Shown one piece after another: positions 17,526 to 28,043 of a stretch of 64,000 nucleotides of DNA (position 1 is the stretch's first letter; every line of letters starts with the position of its first letter). Both the position numbers and the translations under genes were made by a program. Below the pieces are notes generated by a model. It was not told where the DNA came from and did no database searches. It saw only the letters and a list, made by a program, of their open reading frames with translations. Where the stretch lies: the NCBI GenBank assembly GCA_037447115.1, contig JBBIHH010000008.1, positions 34,225 to 98,224 of the forward strand, in the 5' to 3' direction. This DNA is from Acidobacteriota bacterium (GTDB lineage Bacteria; Acidobacteriota; Polarisedimenticolia; Polarisedimenticolales; JBBIHH01).

Positions 17526-19781
17526 CTACTCGGTACCCCCTAGCCGGAACCGCTTCACGGGCACTTCGCGCCACACGCCTCGTTCTTCGACGCGCAACAC
17601 CCGCTCCAGAGGCACGTCCTCGAGGCGCGTGCGCGCGAGCGAACCGGGCCAGAGAATCTCGATCTCGCGGATGCGCCGCGCCTCGCCGAGACCGATCTCG
17701 AGCTGCAGGCTCGAGGAGCCGAAGCTGCCGCCGGTGCCCACCACCCGGTGAATCTCGCGCAGGCTGCCGTCCGCCCGCTCCACGACCACGCGCACCCGCG
17801 CGCCGATGGCCGGGCGGTTCGCGCGGTGGCCGACGAGCCGCAGCGTGATCCAGCGGGCGCCTTGCGCGGGATTCTCGAAGAGGGCGTTGGGGTAGAAGTC
17901 CCCGCTGTACGCGCCCCCGAGCACGACGTAGAGATCTTCATCGCCATCTTGGTCGACATCGCCGAACGCCACCCCGTGCCCTTTCTGGACGTGGCCCAAG
18001 CCGCCCGCCGTCGTCACATCCAGAAAGCGCTCGCCCCGATCGTTGCGCAACGCCACGTTGGGCACGAGCGTGTCCATGCTGGGCTCCCCCGTACCGAGGT
18101 AGATGTCGAGCCAGCCGTCGTTGTCCAGATCGCCGAAGTTCGAGCCCATGACGAGCCACACGCGCGACACGCCCACCCGTTCGCTTGTGTCCTCGAACCT
18201 GCCGTCGCCCCGGTTGCGGTAGAGTTTGGAGCGCGAGGCCAGAACAGGCAGACCGAGGATGTCCGCGACGACCGTGTCCAGGGCCTCGCCGTAGAAGTTG
18301 GCGAAGCTGCCGACGAACAGATCCAGCCAGCCATCGTTGTCGTAGTCGAAGAACCAGGCCGGGAAACTGCGCTGCGGCTCCGCCACCCCCGCCTCCTCGG
18401 TAACGTCGCGAAAAACCCAGCCGAAGCTCGCCCCCGGGCGCGGCACCTGCGGCCCGTCGTTGCGGAACAGGCGGTTCGGCCCGTGGTATTGGGAGAGGAA
18501 CAGATCGGGGTCGCCGTCGTTGTCGTAATCCCCCCAGACGGCGGCCTTGACGAAGCCGATCACGTCGAGCCCCGCGTCGGGGGCCACGTCGGTGAAGGTG
18601 CCATCGCCGTTGTTGCGGTAGAGTTCGCAGGGGTGAGGAGCGTCGGGCACCGATTCGTTGCCGATGAAAAGATCGAGCCAGCCATCTCCGTCGAAATCGG
18701 CCCACGCGGCGGTCTGCGTCGGGTGCAAGCTCAGCAGACCGGCCGCTTCCGTGACGTCCTCGAAGCGCCCGCCCCCGGTGTTGCGCAGGAGCGAGTTGGG
18801 CTGCTTGCCTTCGAGGCCCAGCCAGGCGCCGCGCAGGACGAGAACGTCGGCGTCGCCGTCGTTGTCGTAGTCGGCGTGAACCATGTTCAGGCCGCCGAGC
18901 TGTCCCTCGAGCCAGGCCTCGCGCGTGCGCTCGCTGAAGGTCCCGTCGCCGTTGTTGACGAAGAAGCGGAGCTGGTCCGCAGGCCCCCACGACGACGCCA
19001 TCAGATCGAGCAGGCCGTCCCCGTCGAAGTCTTCCATCGCGGCACCGCCGGCAAGGCCGATGGCGGCCACCCCAGCGCGCATGGCGGCATCGCGGAAGCG
19101 GGGAAAGGCCTCGTCCGATTCGAAGACCTCCGGCGGAATACGCCAGCGCGGCGGAACCTGGTCCGGGTACTCGCCGAGGGTCATGTGCGCCAGATTCAGC
19201 AGCCAGCGGTAGCGCAGGTCCCGCGGATGGCGCTCGAGCAGGCGCCCGTAGCGCTCGATGGCGCCTCGAGAGCCGCGGGGGATACGGTGGATCCCGCCTC
19301 CGCGGATCGGCACCAAGCAGGATTCGATCGTACGGTTGCGGATGCAGTTCTCCTGCTCCCCGAGGCGGAGGTAGGCCAGCGCGCGATACGACTCGAGCGC
19401 GTCCTCGTGTTCGGGGCCGAGGGCGCCACGTCCCTTGAGCAGGCGCTCGATCTCGTCGAGCCGAACCAGGGCTTCCTCGTAGCGCGCGGCGCGGATCAGC
19501 TCCACCGCCAAGCGCGGCAGGAGCTCGAGACGGCTCGCCTCGGAAACCCGCTCCAACTCGCGCTCGAGGATCCCGGCCTGCAGGTCGCTGCGGAAGCGCA
19601 GGGCCTCGGGATTGCGGCGCGAGGCGATCTCCTGCAGCCGCTCCGCCATCCGAAGGTTGGAGGCAGGCGGGCCCGCGCCCGCTTCCTCCGCCTGCCGCTG
19701 AGGTGTTCCCGGGGAACAGCCAAGCATCGCCGCCAGGCCGAAAGCGGCCGGCGCGCGCCAGCTGCGGTGCGCGCGAATCAT
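17526..19781 (-). CDS. CRTAC1/ASPIC-UnbV family FG-GAP lipoprotein with N-terminal TPR-like region
   Basis: Lipobox MLGC; YLRLGEQENC; repeated DFDGDG/DYDNDG; C-terminal NRPAIGARV..LEIGLG..IEILWP. Confidence 0.9.
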   Translation of the reverse strand: MIRAHRSWRAPAAFGLAAMLGCSPGTPQRQAEEAGAGPPASNLRMAERLQEIASRRNPEALRFRSDLQAGILERELERVSEASRLELLPRLAVELIRAARYEEALVRLDEIERLLKGRGALGPEHEDALESYRALAYLRLGEQENCIRNRTIESCLVPIRGGGIHRIPRGSRGAIERYGRLLERHPRDLRYRWLLNLAHMTLGEYPDQVPPRWRIPPEVFESDEAFPRFRDAAMRAGVAAIGLAGGAAMEDFDGDGLLDLMASSWGPADQLRFFVNNGDGTFSERTREAWLEGQLGGLNMVHADYDNDGDADVLVLRGAWLGLEGKQPNSLLRNTGGGRFEDVTEAAGLLSLHPTQTAAWADFDGDGWLDLFIGNESVPDAPHPCELYRNNGDGTFTDVAPDAGLDVIGFVKAAVWGDYDNDGDPDLFLSQYHGPNRLFRNDGPQVPRPGASFGWVFRDVTEEAGVAEPQRSFPAWFFDYDNDGWLDLFVGSFANFYGEALDTVVADILGLPVLASRSKLYRNRGDGRFEDTSERVGVSRVWLVMGSNFGDLDNDGWLDIYLGTGEPSMDTLVPNVALRNDRGERFLDVTTAGGLGHVQKGHGVAFGDVDQDGDEDLYVVLGGAYSGDFYPNALFENPAQGARWITLRLVGHRANRPAIGARVRVVVERADGSLREIHRVVGTGGSFGSSSLQLEIGLGEARRIREIEILWPGSLARTRLEDVPLERVLRVEERGVWREVPVKRFRLGGTE

Positions 19782-19844
19782 CGGTAACACCCGCTCTCGA
19801 AGAGCGTCCGGTCGCCCAGGGGCCGTGCGGGGTTGCACCGGCTT

Positions 19845-20525
19845 CTAGGGCCGGCGCCGCAAGATACGAGGCCCGCGGGCCGTACCCACGATGACCTCGT
19901 GCGCCATGCCGAGGAACAGCCCGTGGCCGAGCACGCCCGGGACCGCCTCGAGCGCCCGGGCGACGCTTGCCGGATCGTGGAGCGCGCCGAACGGGCAGTC
20001 GAGGACGAAGTTGCCCTGATCCGTCCGGAAGGGCTCCCCGTTTACCGTGCGCCGCCGGGGCTCCACGCCGAGCGCGCGCAGCCGCTCCAGCGTGGCGCGC
20101 CAGCCGAAAGCCAGCACCTCCACCGGCACCGGAGATCGCTCCCCGAGCCTCCGCACAAGCTTCCCCTCTTCCACGACGACGACGAACTCCCGGCTCGCGG
20201 CGGCGACGATCTTCTCCCGCAACAACGCCCCGCCCAGGCCCTTGATCAGGTCGAGCCTTTCGTCCACTTCGTCCGCACCGTCCACGGCCAGGTCGAGGGA
20301 CGGACAATCTTCCAGGCTCACGAGCGGGATGCCGAGCTGGCGGGCGAGCGCCTCGGTCGCCTCCGAAGTGGGCACTCCGGCCACGTCCCGCAGCTCGCCA
20401 CGGCGCAGCCGCTCCGCCAGTGCTTCCAGAAAACACTTCGCCGTCGAGCCCGTACCGAGCCCCAGCCGCTGCCCGTCCCTCACGCGGGCCGCTGCCGCCT
20501 CGCCGGCGATGCGCTTCGGATCCAT
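19845..20525 (-). CDS. rpiA: Ribose-5-phosphate isomerase A
   Basis: GLGTGST, DGADEVD, IKGLGGALLREK, TDQGN. Confidence 0.97.
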   Translation of the reverse strand: MDPKRIAGEAAAARVRDGQRLGLGTGSTAKCFLEALAERLRRGELRDVAGVPTSEATEALARQLGIPLVSLEDCPSLDLAVDGADEVDERLDLIKGLGGALLREKIVAAASREFVVVVEEGKLVRRLGERSPVPVEVLAFGWRATLERLRALGVEPRRRTVNGEPFRTDQGNFVLDCPFGALHDPASVARALEAVPGVLGHGLFLGMAHEVIVGTARGPRILRRRP

Positions 20526-20577
20526 CGCTGCCTTTCTACCACGAAACCGGCCTGCGCCCGCGCGCGGAGCGCGGCCC

Positions 20578-22374
20578 TCAGGCCCCCCTCGCCGCCTGCT
20601 GCAACGTGTAGAGCGTGCGGTAGATGCCGCTCTCGAGTCGCAGCAGCTCCCGGTGAGTGCCTTGCTCCCGCAGACGGCCGTGGTGGAGCACCAGGATCCG
20701 ATCCGCGTCGCGCACGGTCGCCAGCCGGTGCGCGATGACCAAGGACGTGCGCCCCGCGAGGAGCGCCCGCAGCGCCTGCTGCATGCGGGCTTCGGTCAGC
20801 GGGTCCACCGACGACGTCGCCTCGTCGAGCGCGAGCACCGGCGGATCGAAGGCCAGGGCGCGGGCGAAAACGAGAAGCTGCTTTTCGCCGGTGGAAAAGT
20901 TCCCCCCTCGCTCCCGGACCTCGCTCTGCAGCTGCCCGGGAAGGCGCCGTACGAACGCTTCGGCCCCCGTGACCTCGAGGGCCCGCTCGACCCGTTCGCG
21001 CGTCACGCGCTCGTCGCCGAGCGTCAGGTTGTAGTGCACCGTCCCGGCGAAAAGGAACGTGTCCTGGAAGACCACGCCCACGCTCCGGCGCAGCGCCGCC
21101 AGGTCGTACTCGCGCACGTCCACGCCGTCGAGCAAGATCCGCCCGTCCCACACGTCGTAGAGTCGTATCAGGAGCCGGATGAGCGTCGTCTTGCCCGAGC
21201 CGGTCCAACCTACCACGCCCACCCGCTCCCCGGGCCGGATGCGGAAGGAGACGTCCTGCAGCACCGGCACGCCCGGCTCGTAGCCGAAGGTGACGCCTTC
21301 GAAGACGATCTCGCCCCGCGGCGGGCGCGCCGGGCGGTAGGCACCGGGGCGCGCGACGATCTCGGGCTCCACATCGAGGAGCTGAAAGATGCGCTCCGCC
21401 GAGGCCATCGCCGCCTGCATCGTGGCGTAACGTTGGGAGAACTCCTGCAGCGGGCGGAAAAACTTCTCGGCATAGTCGAAGAAGGCCACGAGCGTGCCGA
21501 AGCTGATGCTCCCCCGCAGGATCCGCGCGCCGCCGGCCCAGACAATCGCGGCGACGCTCACGGATCCCAGCATCTCCACCACCGCGGAGAAAACCGAATC
21601 GTAGAAGACGCTCTGCAGCGAGGCGTCCCGGTGCTGGCGGTTGACCTCGCGGAACGCGTCGCGCGCCCAGGATTCGCGGGAGCACATCTGCACGAGCCGC
21701 ATGCCGGAAACCGTCTCCTGGAGGAAACCGTTCAAGCGCCCCACCATGGCGCGCACGCGGCGGTACGCCCGCCGAACCTGGCCGCCGAAATACCACGTCA
21801 CCCCGACCATCGGCGGCGCCACGGCGAGCGTCACCAGGGCCAGCCGCCAGTCCATCCACAGGAGGATGGCCACGATGCCGGCGAGCTTGAGCAGGTCTGC
21901 CAGGATCAGCACCAGCCCGGAGGTGAACGCCTCGTTGAGGGCGTCGATGTCGCTCGTGACGCGCGACATCAGCCGGCCCACGGGGTGGCGGTCGAAGTAG
22001 GACGCCGGAAGGCGCTGCAGATGCGCGAAGACCGCGGTCCGCAGGTCGTAGACGACGTTCTGGCCGGTTTTCTCGAGGACATAGAGCTGCGCGAACCGCA
22101 GCACGAACTCCGCCGCCAAAGCCGCGAGGAACAGCACTGCCAGCCGACCCAACCCCTCGAGACGGCGCGGGGTGATGTGGGCGTCGATCGCGACCTTCAC
22201 GAGATAGGGCTGGACGAGCTGGGCCGCGCTCACACCGAGCAAGAGCACCAGCGACCATGCCAAAAGCCCGCGGTAGGGTCGCACGTAGGCCCACAGCCGG
22301 CGCAGCAGGCGCGCGTCATACGCCCTGCCGCGGATTTCCTCGTCGGGCGCGAACGCCGTCTCGGGCCGCCTCAT
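20578..22374 (-). CDS. Heterodimeric ABC exporter subunit (TMD+NBD, degenerate signature)
   Basis: GWTGSGKT, signature FSTGEKQ, LDEAT, IAHR; ATGA overlap with partner gene. Confidence 0.93.
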   Translation of the reverse strand: MRRPETAFAPDEEIRGRAYDARLLRRLWAYVRPYRGLLAWSLVLLLGVSAAQLVQPYLVKVAIDAHITPRRLEGLGRLAVLFLAALAAEFVLRFAQLYVLEKTGQNVVYDLRTAVFAHLQRLPASYFDRHPVGRLMSRVTSDIDALNEAFTSGLVLILADLLKLAGIVAILLWMDWRLALVTLAVAPPMVGVTWYFGGQVRRAYRRVRAMVGRLNGFLQETVSGMRLVQMCSRESWARDAFREVNRQHRDASLQSVFYDSVFSAVVEMLGSVSVAAIVWAGGARILRGSISFGTLVAFFDYAEKFFRPLQEFSQRYATMQAAMASAERIFQLLDVEPEIVARPGAYRPARPPRGEIVFEGVTFGYEPGVPVLQDVSFRIRPGERVGVVGWTGSGKTTLIRLLIRLYDVWDGRILLDGVDVREYDLAALRRSVGVVFQDTFLFAGTVHYNLTLGDERVTRERVERALEVTGAEAFVRRLPGQLQSEVRERGGNFSTGEKQLLVFARALAFDPPVLALDEATSSVDPLTEARMQQALRALLAGRTSLVIAHRLATVRDADRILVLHHGRLREQGTHRELLRLESGIYRTLYTLQQAARGA

Positions 22375-24119
22375 CGCGCCTCGAGCCTCTCTTCGAGCCG
22401 CTGCCGCTCGAACAACCGGGCATAGACGCCGCCGCGCGCCAGCAGCTCCTCGTGCGTGCCCTGCTCGACGAGCCGGCCGCGGTCCAGGACAACGATGCGG
22501 TCCACGTGCCTGAGCGTCGAAAGTCGGTGCGAAACCACGATGCAGGTGCGGCCGCCGCGCTCGCGCTCCAGCGCCTCGAGGATGGCCCGCTCCGTGTCCG
22601 CGTCCACGGCCGACAGCGAGTCGTCGAGCACCAGGATCGGCGGGTCGCCCACCACGGCCCGGGCGAGGGTCGCCCGCTGGCGCTGGCCGCCGGAGAGCGT
22701 GATGCCCCGCTCGCCGATGACCGTCTCCAGCCCCCGGGGAAAACCCTCGAGGTCGGCTGCCAGGTGCGCTAGCCGGATTGCGCGGGCCACTTCGTCCTCG
22801 TTCGCGCCGGGGTCGCGGAACGTGACGTTTTCCCGGATCGTGCGGGAGAAGAGGAACGCCTCTTGCGGCACGTAACCGATGCTGCGGCGGACCCACGAAA
22901 CCGGAACGCGGGCGATGTCCTGGCCGCCGACGAAGATCGTCCCCGGTGGCACCGGGTAGACCCGGGCGAGGAGATTGACGAGGGTGGACTTGCCCGAGCC
23001 CACCGGACCCACGAGCGCCACGCGCTCGCCCCGGCGGATCCTGAGGTGCACGTCCTGTAGAACGGGTCGAGGCGGTTCGCCGTCGCGCACCGGGTAGCCG
23101 AAAGTCAGGCCCCGGATCTCGATGTCGCCGTCGAGGATGGCGTGCGTTTCGCCGGGAGCCGGCGGTGGCACGGCAGGTTCGGCCTCGAGGATCTCGAGCA
23201 CACGGCGCATCGCGCCGGCGCCGCGCTGGAAGACATTGACGATCCAGCCCAGGGCGATCGTGGGCCAGGCGAGCAGCGCAAGGTAAGCCTGGAACGCCAC
23301 GAAATCCCCGAGCGTCATGCGCCCCTCGATGACGTGACGACCCCCCACGAGGAGCACCACGAGCGTGGCGGCGCCCGTGGCGATGCCGATGGCGGCCAGC
23401 ATCGCCCCGCGGGTGCGGGCCAGCGCCAGGCTGCGGCGGCGGAACTCCGCGCACAGTCCCTGAAAGGCCTCGACCTCGTGCGTTTCCTGCACATAGGCCT
23501 TGACCTGCTGGTGCCCCGCCAGGTTTTCTTGCGCCCGGTTGGAAAGCACGCCCAGTTGCTCCTGCACGGCGAGCGAATGGGCGTACACGCGGCGGCTGAG
23601 GCGGTTCACGGCGAACCACAGGGGCGGGTAAACGGCGAGGGCCACGGCGGTGAGCACCGCATCGAGGTGCAGAAGCAAGGCCAGGGCGGCCGTGTAGGCG
23701 ATGCTCGTGTTGAGCAGGTTCATCACGCCCGGGCCATAGACCGATTGGAGCAACCCGAGGTCGTTCACGGCGCGCGACATGATGTCGCCCGTGCGCTGCC
23801 GGTCGTAGAAGGTGGCGTCCAGGCGCAACAGGTGATCGAAGAGGCCGTTGCGGATGTCGTACACGACCCGGCGGCTCGCGCCGAGGATGCGCAGCCGCGA
23901 ATGTGTCCGGACGAAGGCCTGCAGCACCGCCACCAGGACGATCCCGACGGCCACAAGGGCGACTTCCCGCAGCGGCGCGCGGCGCTCGAGGCGGTGCACC
24001 GCGTCGCGCAGGAGCCACGGGATCGCCAGCGCGAGGCCGTTGGTCAGCAGCAGGAAGGCGAACCCCACCGCGTACGCGGGCCAGTAGCGCTTGCCGTAAT
24101 CCCAGAATCGCCGCCCCAT
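22371..24119 (-). CDS. Heterodimeric ABC exporter subunit (TMD+NBD, degenerate Walker B)
   Basis: GPVGSGKS, LSGGQRQR, LDDS in place of DE, SHR; MdlA/YheI-like pattern. Confidence 0.93.
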   Translation of the reverse strand: MGRRFWDYGKRYWPAYAVGFAFLLLTNGLALAIPWLLRDAVHRLERRAPLREVALVAVGIVLVAVLQAFVRTHSRLRILGASRRVVYDIRNGLFDHLLRLDATFYDRQRTGDIMSRAVNDLGLLQSVYGPGVMNLLNTSIAYTAALALLLHLDAVLTAVALAVYPPLWFAVNRLSRRVYAHSLAVQEQLGVLSNRAQENLAGHQQVKAYVQETHEVEAFQGLCAEFRRRSLALARTRGAMLAAIGIATGAATLVVLLVGGRHVIEGRMTLGDFVAFQAYLALLAWPTIALGWIVNVFQRGAGAMRRVLEILEAEPAVPPPAPGETHAILDGDIEIRGLTFGYPVRDGEPPRPVLQDVHLRIRRGERVALVGPVGSGKSTLVNLLARVYPVPPGTIFVGGQDIARVPVSWVRRSIGYVPQEAFLFSRTIRENVTFRDPGANEDEVARAIRLAHLAADLEGFPRGLETVIGERGITLSGGQRQRATLARAVVGDPPILVLDDSLSAVDADTERAILEALERERGGRTCIVVSHRLSTLRHVDRIVVLDRGRLVEQGTHEELLARGGVYARLFERQRLEERLEAR

Positions 24120-24239
24120 CGCCTGCAAGTCCAGTGCACCGCGCCCGGTCGTCGCGCGCGGCCCGACGCTGCATCGTAGCCCGGCCCTTTCCACCCTGCC
24201 GGCAGCCCGCCTACCGCCGGGAGCCCGCATGGGAGTCCA

Positions 24240-24349
24240 CCGCAGGGGCGACCGCCAGGTCGTCCCTGCGGCGGCGGAGCCCAGCCACCCCGCGTCACGG
24301 ACCGATTCCCGTCCTGACACCTGTGCGGCGCCTTGCCGGTCGCCCCTAC
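24240..24349. repeat. REP-like palindromes (two copies)
   Basis: CCGCAGGGGCGACC-GCCA-GGTCGTCCCTGCGG (24240-24271) and TGCCGGTCGCCCCTAC (24334-24349). Confidence 0.55.
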
Positions 24350-24499
24350 CGACCGCGTCCCGCCGAAGCGCCCTCGCCGCGCTGCCCGCCGCCGCCCGCG
24401 CAACTCCGGCTGCGCGGGCGCGTATCTGATAGGGTGGAGTCTTGCGCACGGGTCGCCGCGTGACTCGGCCGCGCGAGCTGCAGAGGAGTGGAGGAATTC

Positions 24500-27307
24500 A
24501 TGAAACCGTCCGTCCGAACGACCCGATCGGCTGTGATGCTCCTGGCCGCCGCGAGTGCGCTCCTGGCGCCGCTGACCGTCCCGGCGGCCCTCGCCGCCAC
24601 CCCCAAGGCGTCCGCAGAGGCGGCCGCGAAAAACGACGCCTATCTCAGCAAGCTCCCGCCCCTGATCCCTCGCGAGCTTTTCTTCGGCGACCCGGAGATC
24701 GCCGGAGCGCAAATCTCGCCCGACGGCAAGTGGATCTCCTTCCTCAAACCCTACAAGGAGGTCATGAACATCTGGGTCAAGCCCTTCGACGCTCCGTTCG
24801 ACGCGGCACGGGCCATTACCGCCGACACGAAGCGCCCCGTCGGCGCCTACTTCTGGACCGAGGACAGCCGTTATGTCCTGTATGTCCAGGACAAGGGGGG
24901 CGACGAGAACTTCCACATCTACGCCGTGGACCCCGACGCCGAGGCCGACCCCACAACCGGCGTCCCGCCGGCGCGGGACCTGACGCCCTTCGACAACGTC
25001 CGCGCCGCGATCTACGCCGTCCCCGAAGCCACGCCGAACAAGATCATCGTCGGGTTGAACGACCGGGATCCGGCGCTGCACGACGTCTACCGGCTGGACA
25101 TCGACACCGGCGAGCGGGAGCTGCTGGTGCGGAACGAGGCCACGGTCGCGGCGTGGGTCACGGACCTCGCCGGCAACGTCCGCCTCGCCTACCGGCAGAA
25201 AGAGGACGGCGGCTTCGAGATGATCCTCGTCGCCAACGGCCAGCTGGGCCGAACCATCTACAGTTGCTCCTTCGAGGAAACCTGCGCACCCCTGCGCTTC
25301 CACAAGAACGGTCGCCAGCTCTACATCACGACCAACCAAGGCCAGGACGTGGATCTCGTGCGTCTGATGCTCCTCGACGTGGACACCGGCGAGACGGAGC
25401 TGGTGGAATCCGACCCCGAGAACCAGGTGGATTTCGGCGGGCCCATCTTCTCGGACAAGACGGAAGAGCTGATCGGCACGGTCTACGTGGGCGACCGTGT
25501 CCGGATCTATCCGCGCACCAAGGAGCTCGCGGCGGATCTCGAGTTTCTGCGCAAGAAGCTGCCCGACGGCGAGCTGAACCTGCGCGCAGGCACCGAGGAC
25601 GAGCGCTTCATGCTCGTCTCGGTGAGCCGGGACGTCAACCCCGGCCAGGTCTTCCTCTACGACAGAGAGCGCAAGAAGGTCACGAAGCTCTACGACTCGC
25701 GCCCCGAGCTGCCCGCGAAGCACCTGGCCCCGATGAAGCCGGTGCGTTACACGGCGCGCGACGGCGTCGAGATCCCCGCCTACTTGACCATCCCCAAGGG
25801 CGTGCCGCCGAGGAACCTGCCGGCGGTGGTTTTCCCGCACGGCGGGCCGTGGGCGCGGGATACCTGGGGTTACGATCCCACCGTGCAGTTTCTGGCCAAC
25901 CGCGGCTACGTGGTCCTGCAGCCGAATTTCCGCGGCTCCACCGGATACGGCAAGAAGTTCCTCAACGCGGGAAACAAGGAGTGGGGCACGGGTCTCATGC
26001 AGCACGACATCACGGACGGCGTGGCCTACCTCGTCCGCGAGGGCATCGCCGATCCCCGACGCATCGGCATCATGGGAGGCTCCTACGGCGGCTACGCGAC
26101 GCTGGCGGGCCTGACCTTCACGCCCGATCTCTACGCCGCGGGGGTGGACATCGTCGGTCCCTCGAACATCATCACGCTCCTCGATTCCATCCCGCCCTAC
26201 TGGGGCCCGGTCCGCAAAATCTTCCTCTTGCGCGTGGGCGATCCGGCCGACCCCGAGGACCGCAAGCGTCTCGAGGCGCAGTCTCCCTTTTTCCACGCCC
26301 AGCGCATCCGAGCCCCGCTCCTCGTGATCCAAGGGGCCAACGACCCGCGGGTGAAACAGGCGGAGTCGGACCAGATCGTCGTGGCACTGCGCGATCTCGG
26401 GCGCCCCGTGGAGTATCTCGTGGCCTCCGACGAGGGCCACGGTTTCCGCGGCGAGACCAACAGACTCGCCATGTTCGCCGTGATCGAGGAGTTTTTGGCG
26501 AAGCACCTCGGCGGGCGCTACCAGGACGAGGTCTCCCCGGCGATTCGCCAACAGATCGACGCGCTGCGGGTGGACGTGAAGACGGTCAAGCTTCCGGAAC
26601 CTCCTGCGGGCGCCGAAGCGGCGCGCACCGCCCCGCTGCCGCAACCGGAGGCCGGCGCGCTGGCGGCGGGGACGCTGCAGTACAAGACGCGGTTCGCCAT
26701 TCAAGGCCAGCAACTGCAGTTCGACAGCACGGTGACGATCGCCCCCGCGACCCTGGACGAACGCCCGGTGTGGAAGGTGGCGACGGCCGCCCGCACGCCT
26801 ATGGGCGACGCGAGCGACGTCTTCTACCTGAATCCACAGACGCTCGTTCCGCTACGCCGGGAAGCGAGCCAGGGGCCGGCCCGCATTCATCTCGATTTCA
26901 GCGAGGATACGGTCTCGGGTAGCGTGCGCGTGCCGCAGGGCGAAATGCCCGTTGCGCTCAAGCTCGAAGCCCCGGTCCTGGCCAGCGACTCCGCCCTCGA
27001 GGCGACGGTCGCGGCGCTGCCGCTGGCTCGTGGCTACCGAGTGACGTTCCGCAACTTCGACGTGCAACAGCAACGCGTGCGGCTGTGGTCGCTGCGCGTG
27101 GAGGGAACCGAAACCGTCGAGGTCCCGGCCGGGACCTTCGAAGCCTACCGGATCGTGGTCGAGGCCCTCGACGGGGAAGGAGGGGGCGGGACGCTGTGGG
27201 TCTCCACCGAGGTCCCCCGGCGCTTCGTGCGCGGAGAGTTCAAGCTCCCGCCGGCCATGGGCGGCGGCGCCGTGACGAAGGAGCTGGTGGGCCAAGGCGC
27301 GCCGTGA
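24500..27307 (+). CDS. Exported S9 (prolyl oligopeptidase family) peptidase with C-terminal beta-rich DUF3108-like domain
   Basis: Signal peptide; HGGPW, GGSYGG (Ser), GANDPRV (Asp), DEGHGF (His); extra ~220-aa C-terminal domain with VEVPAGTFEAY. Confidence 0.93.
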   Translation: MKPSVRTTRSAVMLLAAASALLAPLTVPAALAATPKASAEAAAKNDAYLSKLPPLIPRELFFGDPEIAGAQISPDGKWISFLKPYKEVMNIWVKPFDAPFDAARAITADTKRPVGAYFWTEDSRYVLYVQDKGGDENFHIYAVDPDAEADPTTGVPPARDLTPFDNVRAAIYAVPEATPNKIIVGLNDRDPALHDVYRLDIDTGERELLVRNEATVAAWVTDLAGNVRLAYRQKEDGGFEMILVANGQLGRTIYSCSFEETCAPLRFHKNGRQLYITTNQGQDVDLVRLMLLDVDTGETELVESDPENQVDFGGPIFSDKTEELIGTVYVGDRVRIYPRTKELAADLEFLRKKLPDGELNLRAGTEDERFMLVSVSRDVNPGQVFLYDRERKKVTKLYDSRPELPAKHLAPMKPVRYTARDGVEIPAYLTIPKGVPPRNLPAVVFPHGGPWARDTWGYDPTVQFLANRGYVVLQPNFRGSTGYGKKFLNAGNKEWGTGLMQHDITDGVAYLVREGIADPRRIGIMGGSYGGYATLAGLTFTPDLYAAGVDIVGPSNIITLLDSIPPYWGPVRKIFLLRVGDPADPEDRKRLEAQSPFFHAQRIRAPLLVIQGANDPRVKQAESDQIVVALRDLGRPVEYLVASDEGHGFRGETNRLAMFAVIEEFLAKHLGGRYQDEVSPAIRQQIDALRVDVKTVKLPEPPAGAEAARTAPLPQPEAGALAAGTLQYKTRFAIQGQQLQFDSTVTIAPATLDERPVWKVATAARTPMGDASDVFYLNPQTLVPLRREASQGPARIHLDFSEDTVSGSVRVPQGEMPVALKLEAPVLASDSALEATVAALPLARGYRVTFRNFDVQQQRVRLWSLRVEGTETVEVPAGTFEAYRIVVEALDGEGGGGTLWVSTEVPRRFVRGEFKLPPAMGGGAVTKELVGQGAP

Positions 27308-27333
27308 GCCGGTGAACGCCCCAGCGGACGGCC

Positions 27334-27714
27334 TCAGTCGGTGCTGGACGACAGTTCGAAACGGCGGATGCGGAACGCCGCGACCCACAGCGACGCTGCG
27401 GCGAACAGGAGCAGATAGACCCACGCCACCCACGACGCCGGCGGCTCGCCGAGGATGGCGAACGGTCCCTCGTCGAGCGGAATCGGCAGCAGCGCCCGCA
27501 GGTAGCGGATTACGCTGACCCGCTGCAACAGCGGAGGCAAGAAGGGCGTCGCGCTCTCCCATCCGAAGACGATCAGTCCCGGAATACCTGGATTGCGGAA
27601 GCACAGCCCCAGGGCCAGGAACAACCCGCCGTAGGCCACGCAGGCGAGGAACGTCACGACCGCGTACGCCCGCAGGTGCGCGAGTCCCGGCCCCGCGAAC
27701 AGGTACTTGATCAT
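27334..27714 (-). pseudogene. C-terminal fragment of an ABC-2 type permease
   Basis: ACVAYGGLFLALGL..NPGIPGLIVFGWE..SVIRYL resembles the last helices of ABC-2 permeases; N-terminal half absent and no ATPase partner nearby. Confidence 0.55.
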
Positions 27715-27920
27715 GGCGGTGCGTCCTCGAATGAGGCCGCCGGCTGCGCGCGCCGGGAGCGAAGGACATCGCGTGCCGCGTTGACCGCCGCCCGCTGCAG
27801 GTCGCTCGCGAGCTCGTCCGAGAGCGCGGTGCGGCCAGCCGCGCGAAGCTGGAGCAAGCGCGTGAAGACCGTCTGCGACACGTCCTCCGCGTCGCTCGGG
27901 TTGCCCGTGACGCGGTCAAC
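27711..27920 (-). pseudogene. ECF sigma factor region-2 remnant
   Basis: RVTGNPSDAEDVSQTVFTRL..LQRAAVNAARDVLRSRR; no region 4 and no credible start. Confidence 0.65.
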
Positions 27921-27930
27921 GGTAGACCTC

Positions 27931-28004
27931 TGCCGGTCGCTCCTGCGAATGGGGCGGCGAGAGGCGGTTCGCCGAAGACCGCGGGGACGACCTGCCGGCC
28001 GCCC
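27931..28004. repeat. Degenerate REP-like copies
   Basis: TGCCGGTCGCTCCTGC (27931-27946) and CCGCGGGGACGACCTGCCGGCCGCCC (27979-28004) resemble the 24240/24334 elements. Confidence 0.4.
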
Positions 28005-28043
28005 GAGCACCCCGGATGGCGACAGAAAGCGACCGTGCGGCGG

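Noticed and set aside
20578..24119. Degenerate ABC motifs (FSTGE, LDDS)
   Set aside because: Normal asymmetry of heterodimeric ABC exporters
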